The notes below the pieces were generated by a model. It saw only the letters and a list, made by a program, of their open reading frames with translations, was not told the origin of the DNA and searched no databases. Made by a program: the position numbers and the translations under genes. Below, in pieces: positions 19,729 through 27,625 of a stretch of DNA of 64,000 bases (positions within the stretch are counted from its first letter, which is position 1; each line of letters begins with the position of its first letter). Source of the stretch: Candidatus Poribacteria bacterium (GTDB lineage: Bacteria > Poribacteria > WGA-4E > UBA9662); NCBI GenBank assembly GCA_036339735.1, contig JAYZAL010000019.1:32001-96000 (forward strand), written 5' to 3'.

Positions 19729-22338
19729 TTAATCTTCTATAGAAAATAGTACGTCTCCCCCGCCTGCTTTTTGATTGTAGATCTGCTTTAAAATAGTCAA
19801 CGAAGACAAAATCCAAATTGTTTTACTGGTTCTATCGGTTTCCCATTTGCGTCGACTAGAAAACCCTTTTTCTACATTGGAATCAGAATTCAGCATTTTC
19901 CTTAATCTTTTACTGAATTCTTTGAAGTCGCCTGTCCACTGATGATTTTGATCAGTTTTCTTAAGATAATCTCTGTACGAATTATAAACAAACTCTGTAT
20001 CTATAATTTCAGTTCCTTCTTTCCTGATTCGGATACTAGTACCAAACAAATCACTAGGTCCTGCAATCTCTTCCTTCTCAATACATTGTTCAAACCAACC
20101 TACCATTGGGTCACTTTCTCGTAATTGTTCATAATAAGTCAAAGTTATGACACGTTCCTTCGGAAAATCAAATCCATCTATATCCCTTCGCATCATTAGT
20201 TCGAAAAAAGCTTCTTTGCCTCCATTATTCCACTCATCGTCTATGGACTGAAAAAAATGGCTTTTTCTATCCGCTTGTTCCTTATTACGAATGTTTTCGG
20301 TCGCAAATTCTTCACTTACGTCAATAAATTGCCATCTACGGTCGCTCTCGGTTAAATACACAACCCAACTGTCATTAGAGGCACAAATTACCCTCGAATA
20401 ATTTGCATACTGAGTGGCATCAACAAATTTTTCCTCTACCGTTCGTTCACGTTCAGTGATCAACGATTTCATTTTTCCTACATCATTTCGATTACCACCC
20501 CAAACAGCTTCATCAGAAAATATCAGTAGGTTATCTCTCATCCAAGCATTAAATTTACCAGTTAATTTGTCAGCATCACCTGTTAAATGGAAATAGTGGG
20601 GACGAAATAACTTTCCTAACGTATCATTTATGAATTTCCCTTTACCTGTGCCTTCTTTACTCCGTAGTACAATACTACACACACGTGAGTGTTTCGCCGG
20701 ATTTTGAAACGCATCTGCTATCCAATTTAACAACCAGTCATATAACTTGTCGACTTTATGTGTATCTGTCTGATAAAAAGGTTCCCCACTGGTATCTGAA
20801 CCAACACGTTTTTTCTGATTTCCACAAATGACTTGTCGGATTAACTGCAAGTAGTTTTTACAATTATACTCAAGCTGTTGATTTGACAACCCTCTCATTC
20901 TTTGATAAATCTTAGGATTTAATTGCTTTACAAAACCACTCTTATCAGGATCCCCTCGCCAGTTATTATCTGGCGTTGCAGTTGACCAATCATCCCACAA
21001 ATTCCACTTATCTGAATTATTAGGGTTTTTCCTACCCGAAGGATCAAAAATGAGCCCCTGATAAGTTCGTCTTCCTTCCCAATCTAGCCACAAACTCGCC
21101 AATTTAGCTTTTCGGTTCTTATGTCTGACAGATTGTGGATTTAATAATTTAAAGTCTGACGGACGCATACCAACTCTTGGTACATGTGTTTGTTGAAGGT
21201 CATCATATTCTGTATGCATGATGCCAACTTTGCTACCTTGTTTTAAAACAGCATACTTATGATTCAACAATTGAAGTTGTTCTAAAACAATATCATCATA
21301 TTCAGTTTCGTTAGATGATTGCGTTACATCTCTATTTTTAATACCAAAATTTTGGCATAACTCATCTATAACATCTGGTAAAGACATATTGCTATTTTTC
21401 GCAATAAAGTCCATGGCATCTAGCACCTTACCGTGGCTACAACCAGAATGACACTTCCACTTATAAGTATCCATATTTATGTTTAAGGAAGGACGACTGG
21501 AACCTCGTCTTTCACCGTGTAAGGGACAAAACGTCACCATCCAATTACTACTGGTTATATTACCTCTCTCTACACCTTCAAAGATGTCTTCAAACTCTAG
21601 ATTAGATATCAAATTTTGATATCTCCATCCTTTTTGATAAGAGGATACTTGAAACTGAGTTATCTTTGGTGAGTTTGGTGATATTTTTTTCTGGTGTGAT
21701 TGGCTTGGTAAAATAGGTAATCGGTTATGTACATAATCCAAAATGGATTTACCTGATTGGTGAAAAATTTGGGCTTCAGTGATTTGATAACCAACTTCAG
21801 GAAAATCACCTGTAAAAATCCTAGCTAGATCTGTAGCATTTGTATCAAACCGTGAAATTCCATCCGGTCGACAATAGGATCCTACAATAGTTTGTATTGA
21901 TTGTTGATATTTATTTGGATCAGTTAACTCTTTTTGTAAGGGAAAATAAACATGAAACTTAGGTCTTGCAACACGTATACCTGAGTTACTACGCTTGTTT
22001 TTATTATGATTTTTTGATTCAACAATCCAAAACTCGTAATCTGAAAAATCTGTTTGAAATTGTTGAATAGTTGTCCAATCTTCAGGTTCATCCCATGCAG
22101 ATGTTGGTTGACCATCGTTGTCTATATCTAGTGCAATGACATCTGCACTTAGCCAATTATCAGTAGCACGTTCTTGGTTGTGGTAATGTCCCATCGCATG
22201 TACATAACGTACCGTTTCAATAAATTGTTCCTTTGTTTCTACTTGTTGTCGAACCGGCAATTGTCTTATATGCACAATATCGGTTTCATTTGCACGACAG
22301 AGATTAAAGGGAGTTATTGGCTTTGGGCTTGGAATCAT
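19729..22338 (-). CDS. Primase-helicase: AEP-type primase/polymerase + CHC2-type Zn finger + SF3/D5-like (DUF5906-like) helicase
   Basis: ALDIDND (DxD), RPKFHVYF, CPLHGE..PSLNI..WKCHSGC, Walker A EGTGKG, Walker B FSDE, SND..DRR. Confidence 0.8.
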   Translation of the reverse strand: MIPSPKPITPFNLCRANETDIVHIRQLPVRQQVETKEQFIETVRYVHAMGHYHNQERATDNWLSADVIALDIDNDGQPTSAWDEPEDWTTIQQFQTDFSDYEFWIVESKNHNKNKRSNSGIRVARPKFHVYFPLQKELTDPNKYQQSIQTIVGSYCRPDGISRFDTNATDLARIFTGDFPEVGYQITEAQIFHQSGKSILDYVHNRLPILPSQSHQKKISPNSPKITQFQVSSYQKGWRYQNLISNLEFEDIFEGVERGNITSSNWMVTFCPLHGERRGSSRPSLNINMDTYKWKCHSGCSHGKVLDAMDFIAKNSNMSLPDVIDELCQNFGIKNRDVTQSSNETEYDDIVLEQLQLLNHKYAVLKQGSKVGIMHTEYDDLQQTHVPRVGMRPSDFKLLNPQSVRHKNRKAKLASLWLDWEGRRTYQGLIFDPSGRKNPNNSDKWNLWDDWSTATPDNNWRGDPDKSGFVKQLNPKIYQRMRGLSNQQLEYNCKNYLQLIRQVICGNQKKRVGSDTSGEPFYQTDTHKVDKLYDWLLNWIADAFQNPAKHSRVCSIVLRSKEGTGKGKFINDTLGKLFRPHYFHLTGDADKLTGKFNAWMRDNLLIFSDEAVWGGNRNDVGKMKSLITERERTVEEKFVDATQYANYSRVICASNDSWVVYLTESDRRWQFIDVSEEFATENIRNKEQADRKSHFFQSIDDEWNNGGKEAFFELMMRRDIDGFDFPKERVITLTYYEQLRESDPMVGWFEQCIEKEEIAGPSDLFGTSIRIRKEGTEIIDTEFVYNSYRDYLKKTDQNHQWTGDFKEFSKRLRKMLNSDSNVEKGFSSRRKWETDRTSKTIWILSSLTILKQIYNQKAGGGDVLFSIED

Positions 22339-22549
22339 ATCCTTTCTTTCTCGTTATCCGAGGTTTTTTCAAAATCAGATTTTGGTGTGATATATAAGGA
22401 TGAAAAAATCCGTCATTTTGTTTTAGGTCGTGGAGTGAAATTTTGCTAGTCGAACAAAACAACACTACATCGAATAACACTTTTCGGGATGTTAATTGGA
22501 AGGTTCTGTTTCTTTTCCGGGTCTGGCTCGTCTGTTTCTTTTGATGTCA

Positions 22550-22732
22550 ATTTAAACAAAATTGAGCCTTGAAGTCAAGGTTAAAAAAGAGCTCGGGTGA
22601 TATTTGGAAGGTCGATTTGGTTATTTAAAAGTTATCTAACCAGATTCTACAAGGGGATTTAAACAAAGTTGGGCTTTGAAGTCAAGGCAAAAAAATTCGC
22701 TTGCTCTATATGGAGGGTCGGTTTGGCTATTT
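22550..22732. repeat. Imperfect ~76-bp direct repeat, two copies (22550-22626, 22657-22732)
   Basis: ATTTAAACAAAaTTGaGCcTTGAAGTCAAGG...TGGAaGGTCGaTTTGGtTATTT vs ATTTAAACAAAgTTGgGCtTTGAAGTCAAGG...TGGAgGGTCGgTTTGGcTATTT. Confidence 0.85.
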
Positions 22733-22812
22733 TATTCTGTCACCTTACATCACAAACAGTTTTTGTTTTTTTTGTTTTCTTTAACCTTTTTTCGTAATAA
22801 AAATACGAAAAT

Positions 22813-22839
22813 TGATTGTGATGATTGTGATGATTGTGG
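22813..22839. repeat. Tandem 9-mer TGATTGTGA x3 (iteron-like)
   Basis: TGATTGTGA TGATTGTGA TGATTGTGG. Confidence 0.8.
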
Positions 22840-22869
22840 TCAGACCAGTAATATTGAGAAAAAGTTTAT

Positions 22870-23517
22870 CTACTGTAAAAGTATTCTACTAATTTGACTA
22901 GGGTTAAACTTATTTCCTTTTCCATTTGTATATCCCTTTTCTTCTAATAAATCGGCAATTTTCCTCAGTGAAAAGCTCTTCTTTCTTAAACACTTAACTT
23001 TTTCAACAAGTACCGTATCTATTTCTTTATAAGACTTTCTACCACCAACTTTCCCTCTTCCACGTAGATCTAAATTACCTTCCGTAACACTTTTCCTACG
23101 TCTACGTCTACGTCCAGTTTCCAGTTTTAGCCCAGGTTTTTGGTAGATGCTAATAATTTGCAAAAGTTGCTGAGTTTCTATATCTAGTTGGTCCTCACCA
23201 GTAGCGTAAATTAAAAAAAGCCCGTATTCTCTCAAAAGATTGGTAGCTAGTCCACGCTCTAAGGGATTTGGACAGAAAACCTTTGGGCTATGACAGACTA
23301 TTGTTGAAATGTTCTTTTCTTCGGTGAGTTGTAGTAAGTTACGAAATGTCTTTCTCTGTACTACAGCAACATTTTCCGCATCACGATCGATAAGATGTTT
23401 TCCTTGGGAAGTCCAACCGTGTTGCCTAAGGAATTTGTTAATCTGACGTTTTTGATCAAGTGGAATTTCGTTTCCTTGTGCTAAGGGATGGTAAACGATA
23501 ACTTGTTTATTAGCCAT
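22870..23517 (-). CDS. Serine recombinase/resolvase-like protein lacking catalytic residues, with C-terminal HTH
   Basis: Start MANKQVIVY after AAGGA RBS; resolvase-like layout; GGRKSY...SLRKIADLLEEKGY..FNPSQISRIL. Confidence 0.65.
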   Translation of the reverse strand: MANKQVIVYHPLAQGNEIPLDQKRQINKFLRQHGWTSQGKHLIDRDAENVAVVQRKTFRNLLQLTEEKNISTIVCHSPKVFCPNPLERGLATNLLREYGLFLIYATGEDQLDIETQQLLQIISIYQKPGLKLETGRRRRRRKSVTEGNLDLRGRGKVGGRKSYKEIDTVLVEKVKCLRKKSFSLRKIADLLEEKGYTNGKGNKFNPSQISRILLQ

Positions 23518-23599
23518 GTTGAATCTATCCTTACGGTTTTCTACCGACATATGGATACGACAACAACAAGTAAAAGGTTTCAGAAAAAGTTTCATATAT

Positions 23600-23638
23600 A
23601 AAAAAAGGCCAATCTAGTTACTTTTAGATTGACCTTTC
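23600..23638 (-). terminator. Terminator of the Gfo/Idh/MocA gene
   Basis: AAAGGCCAATCTA...TAGATTGACCTTT with A run (U tract on the minus strand). Confidence 0.6.
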
Positions 23639-23675
23639 CAAACTCTGACCGAAATCAAATTTTTGTTTTAGCTCA

Positions 23676-24677
23676 TTACAAATCCGATATTAGAATTTCA
23701 CGTCCTTCTTTAGCACTCAGAACAGCAGCAAAAACCATAGACATAGACTTTAGATTATCTGCAGCATTACATTCAGGTTCTCGGTCCTCTTTAATCGCGC
23801 GAACAAATTCGTTAAGAACGGGATTTGGACCATCAATATCATCTAGATCGACTTGTTTGCGTATTGTTGGGTTTTGTCGATGATTAAGTGTCTGATAAAG
23901 ATCAAATCCTTCCCAAGTCAAAGTACCTTTTGGTCCTTCATATCGCCATTCACCGTTATGTCCAGCAGGAACATGTCCCATTGTACACCCAATACCTCGA
24001 TGGGTTGCAAATACACCATTTTCGAATTTAAAAAGAATTATCTGACAAGCATCGCCCTGATGCCAACCCCAAGGCAAATTCCAAGTGATGGCTTGGGCAC
24101 TAATTGGATCAACTCCTAATGTATATCTCATCATATCAAAATGATGAATTCCCATATCTGTCAGGAACATGTATGGTTCTGTCACATAATGGCTTCCTGG
24201 GCTATCAGCCCAATTTACATATAGTGAGACATCTAATTGTGCGATTTCACCAATTTTATGATCTTCTATTAATCTTCGGGTTGTACGAGGTAGAGCGTTG
24301 AACCGGTAGTTTTGAGTAATCATGTGTTTGACATTAGCACTTTCGCCTGCAGATACAATACGTTTAGCTGCATCAAAATCATCACTCAAAGGTTTTTCAC
24401 CAAGTAAGTGCAAACCTAGATCAAAAGATTTCATTGCAATAGCTTCATGTACAGATGGCGGAGTAACATCAACAACGAAATCAGCCCCAAAACTCTGGGG
24501 TACATCGTTCAGATCTGCGAAAATTTTATTTTCTGGTATTCCCCTTTGATCAATAGCTCTTTGACGATTTTTCTCCGATGCTTCCACGTAGGCAACAAGT
24601 TCCACTTCCTTATGATCTTCACAAGCCGATAACCAGTGGTAGCCTCGACCGCCAAGTCCGACAAGGATTGCTTTCAT
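23676..24677 (-). CDS. Gfo/Idh/MocA family oxidoreductase
   Basis: VGLGGRG, EKP, QNYRF, DMGIHHFD. Confidence 0.9.
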   Translation of the reverse strand: MKAILVGLGGRGYHWLSACEDHKEVELVAYVEASEKNRQRAIDQRGIPENKIFADLNDVPQSFGADFVVDVTPPSVHEAIAMKSFDLGLHLLGEKPLSDDFDAAKRIVSAGESANVKHMITQNYRFNALPRTTRRLIEDHKIGEIAQLDVSLYVNWADSPGSHYVTEPYMFLTDMGIHHFDMMRYTLGVDPISAQAITWNLPWGWHQGDACQIILFKFENGVFATHRGIGCTMGHVPAGHNGEWRYEGPKGTLTWEGFDLYQTLNHRQNPTIRKQVDLDDIDGPNPVLNEFVRAIKEDREPECNAADNLKSMSMVFAAVLSAKEGREILISDL

Positions 24678-24863
24678 AGTAACTCCTAAGTCCTAAGATC
24701 CATTTAAACAGTCAGCGATTATAACATCGATTCAAGCAACCAACAACAGCGAATTTAAGTAGAAAAGCTGGCAAATGTTTAAAAAAATCGTTATATTTCA
24801 TTGGGTCTATTTTAGAGAGTCAGCCATAGACATTTGTCTGCCTAAACACAAGAAGAAAAAATT

Positions 24864-27158
24864 TTGATTAGTGTAAAAAATAAAAGATTATTTATCATAT
24901 TTCTACTGTCATCAGTGATTGCCCTTGAAACCTATTCTAGTGAAATAAGGGGGAGAGTTCTTCGCCAAGGTTCACAAGAACTGGTTAGTGGAGTAATTGT
25001 GAAAGTTTTGGGAACGGATCAAAAATTTATAACCGATGATCAGGGAGAATTTGAAATAACTGAACTACCAACTGGAACTTATCAATTAACCTTGACAAGA
25101 TTCCGTTTTCGTTCAAAAACAATTGAAGTCTTGGTACTTGACGATCAACCCCTCGATTTAGACGTTCGGCTAGAAAGAATCGATTTCATCTTCGACGAAA
25201 TAGTTGTGAGGGGGCAGCTTTTAACCGAATCGGTCAGTCGTCAAAGTGTGACTGGATTAGAAATAAAGCGTATACCGGGTGCTGGTGGAGATGCGTTGAG
25301 AGCTATCCAAGCTTTACCAGGTATCAAGGCTGGTGCAGATTTCGGAGGTCAACTTTATGTCCGTGGTGGTGGACCAGAAGATAATCAGATCTATTTTGAT
25401 CGTTATCCCTTGGCTAATGCTTATCATTTCGGAGGTTTAGTTTCAACTGTAAGTTCTGAAATTCTACAACGGATTGATATCTATGCTGGTGGATTTGGAG
25501 CTGAATATGGTCAGGATTCGCAGGCAATAATAGATATTTATTCGCGACCTGGTAATCGTAAGAACTTCAGTGGCAAAGTGAATTTAAATATTCTTTATGC
25601 TGAAGGACTGATAGAAGGTCCACTAGGGGAATCAGGGTCTTGGTATTTTGCAGGTCGTCGTAGTTATTTTGACCTTTTTCCGTTAGAAAGAGTAATAACG
25701 GTTATAACAGCATTCCCTAGATTCTGGGATTATCAAACACGATTTAACTACGAAATAAACGAGAAATACCAAATAGATTTTACAGCATTTGCAGCTGATG
25801 ATTTTGCAGAATTGGCTTTTACAGAAGAACAGCAAGATGAAGAAGAACTAAGAGGTGCCTTATACATAAAGAATTCGGCACATGTTCAAGGCTTCCACCT
25901 CCGTGCTTTGCTTACCCCACGCCTAACCTACGATTTTAATCTTTCTCACAACAAACAATTAGTAAATTTCAAGATTGGTCAAGGATTCTTCCTTCGTATA
26001 CAACCTGACGTGTATGATGTTAGACATGATGTAGTATATGAAATTTCGCCCAATGTACGTTTAGAAACAGGTTTGTTAAATTCAATTGGTGACGTTGTCG
26101 TTCAGCTGTTTTTTCCTAATCCTCCGGAAGAGGGAGATCCGAATTACGATTTTTTAGAAGCCGAAAAGAATAGAGTTGATACACAACAGGAAGATTATCA
26201 AGTGGAAGGCTACGTTCAAACACGTTTTACTCTTGGGGAATACCTATCCTTTGCATTAGGAACTCGAGTCGATTATTCTGCAGATTTAACAGCTCAGCCA
26301 ACGCCTCAACCACGTTTAAGTTTTAATTTAACAATGCCAGGATTACCACAATTAAGATTAGCTTACGGCCGTTATATGCAAACACCGCAGCCACCTCAGT
26401 TTTTTGAACCTGGGGGGAATCCAGAACTTGAGGAAAGTCTCTCAGACCATTTTATCCTAGAAATCGAAAGAGCTTTTGAAAATGGTACAGTGCTCAAGGC
26501 TGCTGGTTATCGTAAGCAGTTGGATAAACAGATTGAACCTGATCCTGAGGAAAATCCAGTAAAAAATAAGAATTACCTCAATATTGGAGAAGGTTACGCA
26601 CAAGGTGTCGAATTCTTACTCCAATATCGTCAAGGAGATCGATTTTTCGGTTGGTTGAGTTATGCAAGGTCTGTTTCCAAAAGAAGGGACGATCCAGATC
26701 AAGATTACCGATTTTATTCCTATGACCAAACACATATTGCAACTATCATCGCCAGCTACAAATTTACCAAGACATTTGAGATTGGAGGAAGATGGCAGTA
26801 TGCCACGGGAAACCCCTACACACCATTAACCTGTGAAGAAAATATTAGCAATCCATGTTACGAAAATATTATCAGTCCGAGAGATGGAAAAACTAGAAAA
26901 GTACCTCTCTATGGATCAATAAATTCTTTCCGTGTAGAACCATTTCATCGTCTCGATGTGAGAATCAGCAAAAATTTTGTTTTTGATACTTGGCAAATTG
27001 GAACCTACCTAGAATTAATAAATGCCTATAATCGAAAAAATGTCCTTCAGTTTAGCTATGACGACGAGTATGAACGCGACAAGGATGGAGAAGTGAAGAA
27101 AGACATAGTAGGACAGTTACCATTGCTACCTTATTTCGGAGTAATCATTGAGTTTTAA
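24864..27158 (+). CDS. TonB-dependent receptor with N-terminal carboxypeptidase-regulatory-like domain
   Basis: TDDQGEF, plug LPGI...VRGGGPEDN, GGFGAEYG, RLDVR, NAYNRKN, C-terminal Phe. Confidence 0.9.
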   Translation: MISVKNKRLFIIFLLSSVIALETYSSEIRGRVLRQGSQELVSGVIVKVLGTDQKFITDDQGEFEITELPTGTYQLTLTRFRFRSKTIEVLVLDDQPLDLDVRLERIDFIFDEIVVRGQLLTESVSRQSVTGLEIKRIPGAGGDALRAIQALPGIKAGADFGGQLYVRGGGPEDNQIYFDRYPLANAYHFGGLVSTVSSEILQRIDIYAGGFGAEYGQDSQAIIDIYSRPGNRKNFSGKVNLNILYAEGLIEGPLGESGSWYFAGRRSYFDLFPLERVITVITAFPRFWDYQTRFNYEINEKYQIDFTAFAADDFAELAFTEEQQDEEELRGALYIKNSAHVQGFHLRALLTPRLTYDFNLSHNKQLVNFKIGQGFFLRIQPDVYDVRHDVVYEISPNVRLETGLLNSIGDVVVQLFFPNPPEEGDPNYDFLEAEKNRVDTQQEDYQVEGYVQTRFTLGEYLSFALGTRVDYSADLTAQPTPQPRLSFNLTMPGLPQLRLAYGRYMQTPQPPQFFEPGGNPELEESLSDHFILEIERAFENGTVLKAAGYRKQLDKQIEPDPEENPVKNKNYLNIGEGYAQGVEFLLQYRQGDRFFGWLSYARSVSKRRDDPDQDYRFYSYDQTHIATIIASYKFTKTFEIGGRWQYATGNPYTPLTCEENISNPCYENIISPRDGKTRKVPLYGSINSFRVEPFHRLDVRISKNFVFDTWQIGTYLELINAYNRKNVLQFSYDDEYERDKDGEVKKDIVGQLPLLPYFGVIIEF

Positions 27159-27562
27159 TGGCTAAATTAACGTCGAGCAGACTAGTTTCCCGAATAACCT
27201 TTCTTTTTCTTTCATTTCAAATTTTTTGTTTGCTCTCCTGTTCTGTGTTTGGTGGAAATTCATGTGGGGGGTTAGAAGATTTGGGTCAGTCTGCCCCAAA
27301 TGATTGCTGCCCTTATCATACATCCAATTCCACAGAAAAGTGTTGTTGGAAAACTGTAGTTATTACAGATCAAAAAAAGCCTCTTAAAATCTCTACGTCT
27401 GGTAACCAAAAAGGGTCTACATTTTTAGCATCTAGTCAAAGTGTGTTGGAGAGACAAAAGCTTGAGGGTCAAATTTGTTTTGTTTTTGTTTTGATTCCTC
27501 ATATTTCTTCAAAAGAATCACTATCCTTACCAAATCGATCGCCTCCTATCTCCATAATTTGA
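27158..27562 (+). CDS. Cys-rich secreted/lipoprotein-like small protein ending in RSPP (DUF2946/CutF-like candidate arrest leader)
   Basis: TAATG overlap with the receptor; signal/lipobox-like LLSC; CCPYH...CC; NRSPP four residues before the stop. Confidence 0.6.
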   Translation: MAKLTSSRLVSRITFLFLSFQIFCLLSCSVFGGNSCGGLEDLGQSAPNDCCPYHTSNSTEKCCWKTVVITDQKKPLKISTSGNQKGSTFLASSQSVLERQKLEGQICFVFVLIPHISSKESLSLPNRSPPISII

Positions 27563-27625
27563 GTTTTGTTGATGAGTAAAATGAAAATTATGAAAAAACG
27601 ACCTAAGCTATTATGGAGATAATAA

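Larger units (their letters stand above)
19729..23517 (-). mobile_element. Replicon-like islet (phage-satellite/plasmid derived): primase-helicase, ori-like repeats, degenerate serine recombinase
   Basis: Gene content and repeat-rich spacer; bounded by terminators; no integrase, capsid gene or att repeat seen. Confidence 0.55.

Noticed and set aside
22550-22839. CRISPR array
   Set aside because: Only two imperfect long copies and a 9-mer tandem; no repeat-spacer periodicity and no cas genes.
22676-22897. 73-aa ORF with DCDDCDDC as a metal-binding peptide
   Set aside because: The motif is simply the translation of the 9-bp tandem repeat; it crosses a poly-T tract and has no clear RBS.
19677-23638. 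attL/attR pair formed by AAAAGGCC at both ends of the islet
   Set aside because: The match is only about 8 nt and each copy is the arm of a terminator hairpin.
27560-27625. Sec readthrough of the leader's TGA stop fusing it to the barrel
   Set aside because: In frame, but TAA TAA at 27620-27625 blocks fusion, and the TGA context is not Cys-like.
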